This document shows, piece after piece, positions 1-8,273 of a DNA stretch of 24,572 nt. The stretch spans positions 1-24,572 of IMG/VR virus record IMGVR_UViG_3300037423_000406, one strand, 5' to 3'. Position 1 is the first letter of the stretch. Each line of letters opens with the position of its first letter. The DNA is from a virus (lineage: Duplodnaviria > Caudoviricetes). A program made the position numbers and the translations under genes. The notes beneath the pieces are model-generated. The model was not told the origin of the DNA. It saw only the letters and a program-made list of their open reading frames with translations, and ran no database searches.

Positions 1-1
1 A

Positions 2-29
2 GGTAGAAGGCCCCAATAGGCCTTCTACC
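2..29. repeat. Perfect 11-bp inverted repeat GGTAGAAGGCC-N6-GGCCTTCTACC
   Basis: Read directly: arms at 2-12 and 19-29. Confidence 0.85.
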
Positions 30-257
30 CTTTCCGAAGCGAAGAATGATTTTTTGGGACCAAAAGAAGTTCGCGACGCCTTCCTAGCCAAGTTCGGCCC
101 CGATTGGGTCGGCTCGTATCTCGATCCGTGCGGCTGGCAGGACGTGCCCGAGCGGGCCTTGATCCCAGCTACCCGCTATGCCGGAACGAAGATCGTCCGA
201 GACGCCCGCGCCGTCCTGGCCACCCTCGGGCTTTCCGTGCTGGAGCGCGCCGCATGA
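3..257 (+). CDS. C-terminal end of a probable phage replication initiator protein (partial, enters from the left edge)
   Basis: The frame is open from position 3 to TGA 255-257, which overlaps the next ATG (ATGA). Position upstream of the late regulator and the internal inverted repeat fit an O-like replication gene. Function is inferred. Confidence 0.45.
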   Translation, partial: VEGPNRPSTLSEAKNDFLGPKEVRDAFLAKFGPDWVGSYLDPCGWQDVPERALIPATRYAGTKIVRDARAVLATLGLSVLERAA

Positions 258-517
258 CCCATGCCACCGACTCCATGGGTGAAGCGGCCCACAAGGTCGC
301 GCTTCTCCTCACCGGCTTCGACCTGGAGCTGCTCGCCGCCAGCAGCCCGAGCCTCGACAGGCCGACCAGAGCCGACAACCTGCGCAGGGCGCTGGTCCGC
401 TGGCCTGCCATCTGCCGCGCCATGGCCCAGCTGGAGCAGACCGCGCCGAACGTCACCCGCCAAGCCATGGACGCCGATGCCCAGGCTCAAGACTTCACCA
501 CGGAAAGGGCGGCGTAA
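254..517 (+). CDS. Hypothetical phage protein, 87 aa (MTHATDSMG...TTERAA)
   Basis: ATG 254 overlaps the upstream stop and follows GGAG. Stop TAA 515-517 overlaps the next ATG. Confidence 0.7.
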   Translation: MTHATDSMGEAAHKVALLLTGFDLELLAASSPSLDRPTRADNLRRALVRWPAICRAMAQLEQTAPNVTRQAMDADAQAQDFTTERAA

Positions 518-564
518 TGGCCCGCAAGCGCCAGAAGACCCAAGCCGAGCGGAGTGCAGCATGA
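517..564 (+). CDS. 15-aa mini-ORF MARKRQKTQAERSAA bridging the upstream gene to the NusG paralog
   Basis: TAATG overlap at its start and ATGA overlap at its end; it fills the gap exactly. Confidence 0.5.
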   Translation: MARKRQKTQAERSAA

Positions 565-1076
565 GCGCCTGGTATGCCCTCAGGGTCGTGACGCGTCGGG
601 AGCGTGTCGTTGCCGCCGGACTCGGAGAGCGCGGCTTTCCGGCCTTCCTGCCAATGCAGGCGGATTGGGCGGGGCAACCGCGTGAACGCCGGCTGGAGCC
701 GCTGCTCCCAGGCTACGTGTTCGTCCTGTGCGATCCCGAAGACTTCGCTGAACTGATCGGCCTGGAAGAGGTCATCAACTTCGTTCGCTACATCCGCAAT
801 GACGGCATCGCGTGGCCGATCGAATTCCCAGGCTCCGAGATCCTCGGATTGCAGATCGAAGAGCGGGCGGGCACTTACGACTTCACGCGGCTCGTCAAGC
901 CGCCGCGCTATCGGCCGAAGAAGGGGGAAACCGTCAGGATCACGGCAGGGACCTACTACGGCTTCATCGCCAAGGTGCTCTCGGCGCCGCGTGAAGATCG
1001 CTGCAAGCTGATGATCGAAGGCCTTGGGAAGCCGAGGCGCCGGACGGAAGATGTAGCGCATCTGGAAGCGGCTTGA
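561..1076 (+). CDS. NusG-family transcription antiterminator (NGN + KOW), 171 aa
   Basis: N-terminal WYALRV..RE..VA..L, NGN motif PLLPGYVFV and KOW motif KKGETVRITAGTYYGFIAKV. GGAG RBS at 551, ATG at 561 (the ORF-track start at 261 is too far upstream). Confidence 0.9.
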   Translation: MSAWYALRVVTRRERVVAAGLGERGFPAFLPMQADWAGQPRERRLEPLLPGYVFVLCDPEDFAELIGLEEVINFVRYIRNDGIAWPIEFPGSEILGLQIEERAGTYDFTRLVKPPRYRPKKGETVRITAGTYYGFIAKVLSAPREDRCKLMIEGLGKPRRRTEDVAHLEAA

Positions 1077-1084
1077 ACTACATG

Positions 1085-1112
1085 TTGCGTTTCGCGCGCG
1101 ATGTGGCATCGT
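1085..1112 (+). promoter_or_regulatory. Candidate late promoter TTGCGT-N16-CATCGT
   Basis: A TTG-type -35 immediately after the NusG gene; resembles the promoter-like sequence at 22651-22679. Overlaps the palindrome GCATC-GTGT-GATGC (1106-1119). Confidence 0.35.
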
Positions 1113-1128
1113 GTGATGCAATCCGTGC

Positions 1129-1367
1129 TTCGCGCGGGGGACGACCGGCTGAGGGCATACGCAGCCCACTGAACAAGAGCCCGGCAGGGCAGGCCGATCC
1201 CCGAGGTACCGGGCATGTCGCCGGGCCTCATTCTGAAGTCGTGTCCTCGCGAACCCCAAGCCCGACCGAACAACAACATACACCGCGCCAACAGGCGACG
1301 CTTACCGCTGTGTCGGCTCCGGGCTTTCCTGCAAACCCCAACCAGCCAGGAGGCCGCAAGGTCTGGC
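1129..1367 (+). ncRNA. Structured late-operon leader RNA candidate (two multi-stem domains and a GCAA tetraloop hairpin)
   Basis: Pairings seen by eye: 1129-1145 with 1238-1253; GGCTG/CAGCC (1147/1162); GCCCGGC/GCCGGGC (1179/1220); AAGCCCG/CGGGCTT (1258/1320); GCCA..GGCC-GCAA-GGTC-TGGC (1345-1367). Confidence 0.5.
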
Positions 1368-1379
1368 GAGCGAGGGAAC

Positions 1380-1652
1380 GTGACCGACGCCCCTAAAGTA
1401 GGCCCGAATAGGGGGAACGCAGGCAAGGGCCGTCCCAAGGGCTCCGTCAACAAGGCGACCAAGGCGCTCAAGGAGATGATCCTGGGCGCGCTCGACCGAG
1501 CTGGCGGGGAAGACTACCTCCTGCGCCAGGCTGACGAGAACCCCACGGCGTTCATGACGCTGATCGGCAAGGTTCTGCCCCAGGACGTCAACGCCAACGT
1601 CGCCGCGACGGTGCAGACCATCGCCCGGAAGATCGTTGACCCGAACCCTTGA
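1380..1652 (+). CDS. terS: Terminase small subunit, 90 aa
   Basis: GTG 1380 after GAGGG. Motif GKGRPKGSVNKATKALKEMIL...YL...A..NP.AFMTLIGKVLP. Overlaps terL. Confidence 0.8.
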   Translation: MTDAPKVGPNRGNAGKGRPKGSVNKATKALKEMILGALDRAGGEDYLLRQADENPTAFMTLIGKVLPQDVNANVAATVQTIARKIVDPNP

Positions 1653-2934
1653 GATCCCAACGGCCCGCGTCTTCCGGCCGCTGCTGGAGCCGGCTCGATA
1701 CAAGGGCGCGTGGGGCGGGCGGGGATCGGGCAAGTCGCACTTCTTCGGCGGCCTCATGGTTGAGGAACACCTGGCGCAGCGCGGTTCGCTGTCGGTGTGC
1801 GTCCGAGAGGTTCAGAAGTCTCTGGCGCAAAGCTCGAAGCGGTTACTCGAACAGAAGCTGAGCGACTTCGGCCTGGGCGAAGCGGACGGCTTCCGGGTCT
1901 TCAACGACAAGATCGAAACCCCGGGCGACGGGCTGATCGCCTTCCAGGGCATGCAGGACCACACGGCCGAGAGCATCAAGTCTCTGGAGGGCTTCCAGCG
2001 GGCCTGGGTGGAAGAGGCGCAGGGCTTGAGTGTTCGCAGTCTGACGCTGCTGCGCCCGACGATCCGCGCGCCGGGTTCCGAGCTCTGGTTCTCGTGGAAC
2101 CCGAACCGCAAGAACGATGCGGTCGACAGCCTGCTGCGGGGCGGCTCACCGCCCACAGGCGCGGTCGTGTTGCGCGCCAACTGGTCGGACAACCCATGGT
2201 TTCCGCCGGAGCTGGAGCAGGAGCGCTTGGACGACCTGCGCGACCGGCCGGACCAATACGACCACATTTGGGAGGGTGATTACGCCAAGGTGACGGAAGG
2301 CGCGTACTACGCCCAGAGCCTGACGATCGCCAAGGCCGAGGGCCGCATCGGCTTCGTGCCGCGCGATCCGAACATGGCGATCCGCACCTTCTGGGACCTG
2401 GGCCGGCGGGACTTCACCGCGATCTGGGTCGCGCAGTTCATCGGCCAGAAGGTCAATGTCATCGACTACATCGAGGGCGCCAACCAGCCGCCAGCGTTCT
2501 ACTTCGAGGAGCTTCGCCAGCGCGGCTATCGCGGCGCGATGGTCTATCTGCCGCACGATGGGTCTCGCGTCGGGCCGGAGAACAGTTCGGGCCGCAGCTA
2601 CGAGGATCAGGCGCGAGACGCCGGCTTCGACGTCGAGGTGATCCGCAATCAGGGGCCGAGCGCGGCGATGTTGCGGGTGGACGCCGGCCGCCGGCTGTTT
2701 CCGCGCATCTGGTTCAACGAGACGACGACGGAAGCGGGTAGGGATGCCCTGGGCGCCTATCACGAGCGCAAGGACGAGGCGCGGAACATCGGCCTCGGGC
2801 CGGAACACGACTGGGCGAGCCATGGCGCTGATGCCTTCGGCCTGATGTGCGTGGCCTACGAAGAACCCCGCATCAAGCGCGAGGCCAAGCGTGAGCGGCG
2901 GCCGACGACGGAAACAAGCTGGATGGGACGGTGA
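1636..2934 (+). CDS. terL: Terminase large subunit (PBSX-type)
   Basis: Walker A GGRGSGKS, Walker B AWVEEA, coupling motif SWNP, nuclease motifs FWDLG and HDWASHGADAF. Confidence 0.97.
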   Translation: MTRTLEIPTARVFRPLLEPARYKGAWGGRGSGKSHFFGGLMVEEHLAQRGSLSVCVREVQKSLAQSSKRLLEQKLSDFGLGEADGFRVFNDKIETPGDGLIAFQGMQDHTAESIKSLEGFQRAWVEEAQGLSVRSLTLLRPTIRAPGSELWFSWNPNRKNDAVDSLLRGGSPPTGAVVLRANWSDNPWFPPELEQERLDDLRDRPDQYDHIWEGDYAKVTEGAYYAQSLTIAKAEGRIGFVPRDPNMAIRTFWDLGRRDFTAIWVAQFIGQKVNVIDYIEGANQPPAFYFEELRQRGYRGAMVYLPHDGSRVGPENSSGRSYEDQARDAGFDVEVIRNQGPSAAMLRVDAGRRLFPRIWFNETTTEAGRDALGAYHERKDEARNIGLGPEHDWASHGADAFGLMCVAYEEPRIKREAKRERRPTTETSWMGR

Positions 2935-5036
2935 GCATGGCTGACGCCGCCAAGACCCATCCGCTGCCAGACGGCTACGAGGACGAGGCGGCGTTCATCC
3001 GCGAGGCGCGTCTGCGCTTCCAGCAAGGCGTCGATTTCGACCGGGAGAACCGCGACCAAGGCCTGGAGGATCTGAAGTTCCTCTCCGGTGAGCAATGGGA
3101 TGTCGGCGCCAAGGCCGCCCGCGCCGGCCGTCCGATGCTCACCATCAACGTCCTGCCGCAGTACGTGGCGCAGGTTGTCGGCGACATCCGGATCAATCGC
3201 CCGGCGATCCGGGTTCGGCCGGCTGAAGATGGCGACAAGGACCTGGCGGAGATCCGCGAGGGCCTGATCCGCGCCATCGAGCGCGATAGCGACGCGCAGG
3301 GCGTCTACACGAACGTCGGGACCAATCAGACCGCCTGCGGCATCGGCAACTATCGGATCACGCTGAAGTACGCCAGCGACAACGGCTTCGACCGCGACAT
3401 CGCCATCGTTGCGATCCCGAATGCCTTCGCCGTGGTGTGGGACCCGATGGCGAGCGAGCGTACGGGCCGCGATGCCGGCTGGTGCTTCGTCGAAGACCAG
3501 ATGCCGCGCAAGGCGTACGAGGCGCGTTACGGCAAGACGCTCGGCAGCGGGCTCGAGGTGCCGCTGCACGACACCGACGGCTGGTACACCCAGGACGTCG
3601 TGCGCGTCACCGAATACTGGCTGATCAAGGAAACCAAGACCGAGATGGCGCTGCTGGAGAGCGGCGAGGCCGTCGAGGCGAAGAAGGTCCCGCCGGGCGT
3701 CACGCCGAAGCGCACGCGGACCGTCAGCAAGCGTTCGGCCTGCGCCTACCTGATCAACGGCACGGAGATCCTTGAGGGCCCGGTGGAACTGCCGATCGAC
3801 CGCGTGCCGATCATCCGCGCCATCGGCTGGGAGATCAACGTCGGCGACAAGCGGGTGCGCTGGGGTTTGGTGCGTCCGGCCCGGGACAGCCAGCGCCTGA
3901 AGAACTACTGGCGTTCGATCTCGGCCGAAGTGCTGGCGCTCGCCCCGAAGGGCAAGTGGCTGGTCAACGAACAGAACGAGGGCGACGCTGACGGCTTCCG
4001 CGATGCGGTGACGACGGACGATCCGGTGCTGTCCTACTCGGGTGCGGTTGCGCCTACGTTCGTCGGGCCGCCGGCCGTCAATGCGGCGATCCTTCAGGAA
4101 TCCGCCCTCAACGCGCAGGACATCAAGGACGTCACCGGCCTGCACGACGCCAGCCTGGGGTCGAGGTCGAACGAGACGAGCGGCAAGGCCATCCTCGCCC
4201 GGCAGAAGGAAGGCGATACCGCCACCTACATCTATCCGGACAACCTGGCTGCGGCGATCCAGGAAGGCGGACGTGTCGCCAACCAACTGATCCCGACCGT
4301 GTACGACACCGCGCGGACCCTCCGCATCCTGGGGGAGGACGAGGCCGCCAAGGTGCAGCGCGTCAACGACCCGAACGATCCGGAAAGCTTGGGTCTTCGC
4401 GACGATCAGGGCCGCTACGACGTCGTCGTGGAGACCGGCCCGAGCTACTCGACGCGCCGGGTCGAGGCCGCGGAATCCATGCTGGCGTTCACGCAGGCGG
4501 TTCCGGCCGCGGCGCAGTTCACCGGCGACCTGATCGCCCGCTCGCAAGACTGGCCGATGGCCGACGAGTTCGCCGAGCGCCTGAAGAAGACCCTGCCGCC
4601 GGGCTTGGCGAGCGACAATGACGAAGAGCTGACCGACGAGCAGAAGGCGGCCAAGGCCCAGCAGATGCAGGCTGCCCAGCAGCAGCAGATGATGCAGCAG
4701 CGCGGGATGCAGCTCGAAATGGACGAGCGCGAAGCCAAGGCGATGCTCGCCAAGGCGCAGGCCATGAAGGCGATGCGCGAGGCGCAGGCCCCGCCGCCGG
4801 CCGAGGACGCGCAGGAACCCTACGCCGTCGAACTGGCCCTCGCCCAGCTTCGCAAGGCCAACGCCGAGGCGGACAAGGCCGAGTGGGACGCCAAGCGTGC
4901 CAGTGCGGGCCTGGTCGCCGACATGCACGACGTTCACCGCAAGCCGCTGGATCTGGCCCACTCCGAAGCCGATCTCGATGCCAAGCTGAACCCCGCCGCG
5001 CCGGAGATGGCGGAAGCGGCCCCCGACGGCGACTAG
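2931..5036 (+). CDS. P22-like portal protein (start GTG 2931 or ATG 2937)
   Basis: ~700 aa directly after terL. Motifs DLKFLSGEQW, GRPMLTIN, GLVRPARDSQR, SGKAILARQ, GRYDVVVETGPSYSTRR, and a Q/A-rich C-terminal barrel region. Confidence 0.95.
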   Translation: MSMADAAKTHPLPDGYEDEAAFIREARLRFQQGVDFDRENRDQGLEDLKFLSGEQWDVGAKAARAGRPMLTINVLPQYVAQVVGDIRINRPAIRVRPAEDGDKDLAEIREGLIRAIERDSDAQGVYTNVGTNQTACGIGNYRITLKYASDNGFDRDIAIVAIPNAFAVVWDPMASERTGRDAGWCFVEDQMPRKAYEARYGKTLGSGLEVPLHDTDGWYTQDVVRVTEYWLIKETKTEMALLESGEAVEAKKVPPGVTPKRTRTVSKRSACAYLINGTEILEGPVELPIDRVPIIRAIGWEINVGDKRVRWGLVRPARDSQRLKNYWRSISAEVLALAPKGKWLVNEQNEGDADGFRDAVTTDDPVLSYSGAVAPTFVGPPAVNAAILQESALNAQDIKDVTGLHDASLGSRSNETSGKAILARQKEGDTATYIYPDNLAAAIQEGGRVANQLIPTVYDTARTLRILGEDEAAKVQRVNDPNDPESLGLRDDQGRYDVVVETGPSYSTRRVEAAESMLAFTQAVPAAAQFTGDLIARSQDWPMADEFAERLKKTLPPGLASDNDEELTDEQKAAKAQQMQAAQQQQMMQQRGMQLEMDEREAKAMLAKAQAMKAMREAQAPPPAEDAQEPYAVELALAQLRKANAEADKAEWDAKRASAGLVADMHDVHRKPLDLAHSEADLDAKLNPAAPEMAEAAPDGD

Positions 5037-5047
5037 GCCGAACACTA

Positions 5048-5101
5048 TTCGCGCCGCGGCTAGCCCAGCCGTGGACCCATCGCGCCCCGGGCACTCGCGA
5101 A
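5048..5101 (+). promoter_or_regulatory. RNA structure immediately upstream of the scaffold start
   Basis: TTCGCG (5048)/CGCGAA (5096) encloses the hairpin CCGCGGCT-AGCCC-AGCCGTGG (5054-5074). There is no clear Shine-Dalgarno before ATG 5109. Confidence 0.4.
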
Positions 5102-5108
5102 AGCGCAC

Positions 5109-5984
5109 ATGAGCGAAGAGAACAGCGCCACGGTGGAAACCGATGGCAACGACACCGCGGCTGTCCTGGCGGCGGCTTCTGGCGACAAGACCTATGTGAG
5201 GGGTCCCGGTGAACCGGCCCCCGATCCTGCGGCCGAGCCGGAGCCGAAAGAGGACGAAACCTCCGGGAACGATGCTCCCGCCGCTGCCGAGCCATCCGAG
5301 GCCGAAAAGCCCCGGAAGAAGACGGCGCAAGAACGCATCGACGAGATCACGGCTCAAAAGCACGAGGCAGCCCGTGAAGCGGAGTTCTGGAAGGCCAAGG
5401 CCCTTCAGACCCAGTCGCCTCAACCCGCCCAAGAGGCGCCGCAACACCAACCCGAGGGGGACGGCCGACCGGCCCGCGAGGACTACCAGGACGACTTCGA
5501 GTTCATCGAGGCCCTGACCGACTGGAAGGCAGTGCAGGCGGCGAAAATGCTCGTCATGCACCAGCGCCAGCAGGAACAGGTATCGAGCGCTCGCAGCAAC
5601 TTCGAGACGCGCACCAAGGCGCTGTTTCCAGACGGCGAAACCGCCGGCCTGGCAGCCTTCCGGGCGCTCCCGACCTTGCCGCAGGCGGTGCTTGAGATTG
5701 TCGGGGAGTCCGAGATCGGACCGAAGATCGCCGACCACCTGGGGGCCAACCCCGCTGAGTTCGCCCGGCTGGAGACGCTTTCGCCGATCCAGCAGGCCCG
5801 CGAGCTGACGCGGCTCGAAACCCGGCTGACCACGCCCGCTGCGGCGTCGAAGCCACCCCCAAAGACCGCCACCGACGCCCCAGAGCCCCCGCCGCAAGCG
5901 CGCGGGGCCGGAGGCCAGTTCAAGGTCGCCGCTGACACCGACGACTTTGCAGCCTTCGAGAAGCAGTACCGCGTCGGCGGCTAA
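5109..5984 (+). CDS. Capsid scaffolding protein
   Basis: Lies between portal and coat. Acidic, Pro-rich N-terminus; QERIDEIT coiled coil; GPKIADHLGANP..ARL..LSP..QAREL.RLE motif. Confidence 0.85.
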   Translation: MSEENSATVETDGNDTAAVLAAASGDKTYVRGPGEPAPDPAAEPEPKEDETSGNDAPAAAEPSEAEKPRKKTAQERIDEITAQKHEAAREAEFWKAKALQTQSPQPAQEAPQHQPEGDGRPAREDYQDDFEFIEALTDWKAVQAAKMLVMHQRQQEQVSSARSNFETRTKALFPDGETAGLAAFRALPTLPQAVLEIVGESEIGPKIADHLGANPAEFARLETLSPIQQARELTRLETRLTTPAAASKPPPKTATDAPEPPPQARGAGGQFKVAADTDDFAAFEKQYRVGG

Positions 5985-6013
5985 TGGCCTGAGCGCCAGA
6001 AAGCACCGAGACG

Positions 6014-7264
6014 ATGGCTAACGCATTTGCCACCCCGAAGGTCTACGCCAATGTCGGCCTGGCCCTTCTCAAGAACCAACTGGTCATGGCTAAGCTGTGT
6101 GATAGCGAGGCCGTGAACAAGGAGTTCGTGCCCGGCGTCGGCACGACCGTGTACGTCAAGCGTCCGCCCGAGTTCGCGATCCGTGATGGCGCCGTGGCGG
6201 CCTCGCAAGACGTGCTCGAAGGCGAAGTCGCCGTGGTCTGCGACAAGCAGAAGGGCGTGGACGTCCAGTTCACCGGCTACGAGGCGACGACCAACGTCGA
6301 TCAGCTTCTGAAGTCCAAGGTGATCCAGGGCGCCATGACCCAGATCGCCTCGCAGATCGACGGCGACCTGATCTCCAACGTCAAGTATTTCCACAACGTG
6401 GTCGGCACCTACGGCAACACTATCTCCACGGTCGCCGGCTTCTTCGCCGCGCCGCAGCGCCTGGACGAGATGGCGGTCCCGATGTCGGACCGCAACGCCG
6501 TGCTGACGCCGAACGACGGCTATGCGCTCGCGGGGACCTTCACCGGCACCGCGGCTCTCGCCGGCGACACGGCCGTTTCGGCCCTGCGCAAGGCCGAGAT
6601 CCCGATGCTGGGCAATACCAAGCCATACATCACGCAGACCATCCCGTCCCTGACCACGGGCACGCGGGTGCAGCTGACCGGCTCGACCGTGAACGGCGCG
6701 TCGCAGAACGTGACCTACGCCAACTCGCGCACGACCTGGACCCAGAGCCTGATCCTGGCGACGGGCAACTCGAAGACCATCAAAGCCGGCGAGAAGTTCA
6801 CGATCGCCAACGTCTACGCCTGCAACCCGCGGACGAAGGCGCAGATGAGCTACCTGAAGCAGTTCACCGTGACTGCCGATGCGACGTCGTCCGGCGGCGG
6901 CGCGGTCACCCTGACCATTTCGCCCCCGATCATCACGTCGGGCGCGTACCAGAACTGCGTCTGCACCGGCACCGACACCACGGCTCCGGACACCGGCGCG
7001 GCTGTGGTGTGGTACGGCGCGCTTTCGACCGCCTACAACCTGAACGCGGCCTTCCACAAGTCGGCGATCAAGCTGGTGAGCGTCAACCCGCCCCGCCCCT
7101 ACACCGGGGAGAGCGACTTCGCGACCGACCCCGACACCGGGATCAGCGTGCGCTACTGGCGCTACTCGGACGGCACCAACGATCTGCACAACCATCGTTG
7201 GGACGTCTACTACGGCACCAAGAACGTGGATCCGCGCCTCGGCACGATCCTCTTCGGCGCCTAA
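6014..7264 (+). CDS. Major capsid protein, P22 coat (gene 5) family
   Basis: MAN start, G.TVYVKRP, an insertion domain (KAGEKFTIANVY...LKQFTVTADA...LTISPPII), AFHKSAI.LV and C-terminal RWDVYYG.K..DP. Confidence 0.95.
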   Translation: MANAFATPKVYANVGLALLKNQLVMAKLCDSEAVNKEFVPGVGTTVYVKRPPEFAIRDGAVAASQDVLEGEVAVVCDKQKGVDVQFTGYEATTNVDQLLKSKVIQGAMTQIASQIDGDLISNVKYFHNVVGTYGNTISTVAGFFAAPQRLDEMAVPMSDRNAVLTPNDGYALAGTFTGTAALAGDTAVSALRKAEIPMLGNTKPYITQTIPSLTTGTRVQLTGSTVNGASQNVTYANSRTTWTQSLILATGNSKTIKAGEKFTIANVYACNPRTKAQMSYLKQFTVTADATSSGGGAVTLTISPPIITSGAYQNCVCTGTDTTAPDTGAAVVWYGALSTAYNLNAAFHKSAIKLVSVNPPRPYTGESDFATDPDTGISVRYWRYSDGTNDLHNHRWDVYYGTKNVDPRLGTILFGA

Positions 7265-7285
7265 GCCACACCCCTCCCCAAACCT

Positions 7286-7318
7286 GGCCGAGCCTTCGCG
7301 GGCTCGGCCGCCTTCTTC
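7286..7318 (+). terminator. Strong hairpin after the coat gene (terminator or mRNA stabiliser)
   Basis: GGCCGAGCC-TTCGCG-GGCTCGGCC followed by only a weak pyrimidine tract (GCCTTCTTC). Confidence 0.55.
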
Positions 7319-7332
7319 AGAAAGGCAGTCTC

Positions 7333-7569
7333 ATGGCTGTTCAGTACCTCGGGGATAACCCCCTCAATGGCGGCGTTTCGCTTGGTCAGGGCGCCACCAG
7401 CCTCGTCAGCCTCTACGGCGTCACGCCGGTCGCCCAGCGCACCAGCACCGTCCTGGCGACGTCGCTCCTGTCGGCTTCCAGTTACGTGTCGGTGGCGTCC
7501 AACACCGCCGCGATCCTGCTCGAGCTGTCCAACGCGATGATCGCGCTGGGCGCCTACAAGACCGCCTGA
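7333..7569 (+). CDS. Small Ser/Thr-rich virion protein, probable capsid decoration protein, 78 aa
   Basis: ATG 7333 after AAAGG; directly follows the coat gene; sequence LGQGATSLVSLYGVTPVAQ...AMIALG. Function is inferred from position. Confidence 0.65.
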   Translation: MAVQYLGDNPLNGGVSLGQGATSLVSLYGVTPVAQRTSTVLATSLLSASSYVSVASNTAAILLELSNAMIALGAYKTA

Positions 7570-7571
7570 CC

Positions 7572-8273
7572 ATGGAAGGCGTGCAGAACCCCATCGTCGC
7601 GCTCTGCACGCCGACCGTCACGCGGCCATTCGCTCAATGCCTGGAGGCCCTAGAGGCCAGCGTGCCGCTTCTGGACGCCGCGGGCTTCCAGCCGATGATG
7701 ACGGTCGAGGCGGGCAACCCGTACATCTCCGCCGCGCGGGCGACCATGCTTCGCCGCGCTCTGGACGGCAACGCCGAGATCATCGTCTTCATCGACCACG
7801 ACCTGAGCTGGGACGCGGGCGACCTCCTAAAGCTGGTGCAGACGCCGGGCGACGTCGTCGGCGGCCTCTACCGCTTCAAGAAGGACGACGAGGAGTACAT
7901 GGGCGCCTGGCACACCGAGCCGGATGGCCGCCCTTCGCTCCGGCCCGATGGCTGCATTCGGGCAACTCGGGTCTCGGCCGGCTTCCTGAAGGTGACCCGC
8001 TCGGCGGTCGAGCGCTTCATGCGGGCCTATCCGCACCTCTGTTACGGCTCGCCGATCAATCCCTCCGTGGACCTGTTCAACCACGGCGCGCACGAGGGCG
8101 TTTGGTGGGGCGAGGACTACGCGTTTTCCCGCAATTGGCTGGCCTGCGGCGGCGAGATCGCGGTCGTTCCCGACCTTAACCTGACCCATCACACCGCCGA
8201 CAAGTCCTACCCCGGCAACCTGCACCAATACCTCATGCGCCAGCCCGGCGGCGCATTAGCGGAGGCGGCATGA
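7572..8273 (+). CDS. GT-A fold (GT2-like) glycosyltransferase
   Basis: VALCTPT first strand, ISAARATM helix, DxD motif IVFIDHDL, VVGGLY, SAGFLKVTR, GEDYAFSRNW...GG.I...PDL.LTH. Confidence 0.85.
   Translation: MEGVQNPIVALCTPTVTRPFAQCLEALEASVPLLDAAGFQPMMTVEAGNPYISAARATMLRRALDGNAEIIVFIDHDLSWDAGDLLKLVQTPGDVVGGLYRFKKDDEEYMGAWHTEPDGRPSLRPDGCIRATRVSAGFLKVTRSAVERFMRAYPHLCYGSPINPSVDLFNHGAHEGVWWGEDYAFSRNWLACGGEIAVVPDLNLTHHTADKSYPGNLHQYLMRQPGGALAEAA

Noticed and set aside
261-560. Upstream extensions of ORF-track calls (NusG from 261, terS from 1215, also 7009, 10878, 11030, 13056, 21504, 21767)
   Set aside because: Each overlaps a neighbouring gene or structured leader, and better starts with an RBS or stop/start overlap lie downstream.
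4660-4720. CAG-rich poly-Gln stretch in the portal gene
   Set aside because: Ordinary low-complexity helical region of P22-like portal C-termini.
2856-5897. 1013-aa minus-strand ORF, and other long antisense ORFs (e.g. 5981-7195, 11512-12618, 13206-14441)
   Set aside because: Shadow frames of well-supported + strand genes. High GC3 codon bias removes antisense stops, and the translations show no recognisable motifs.
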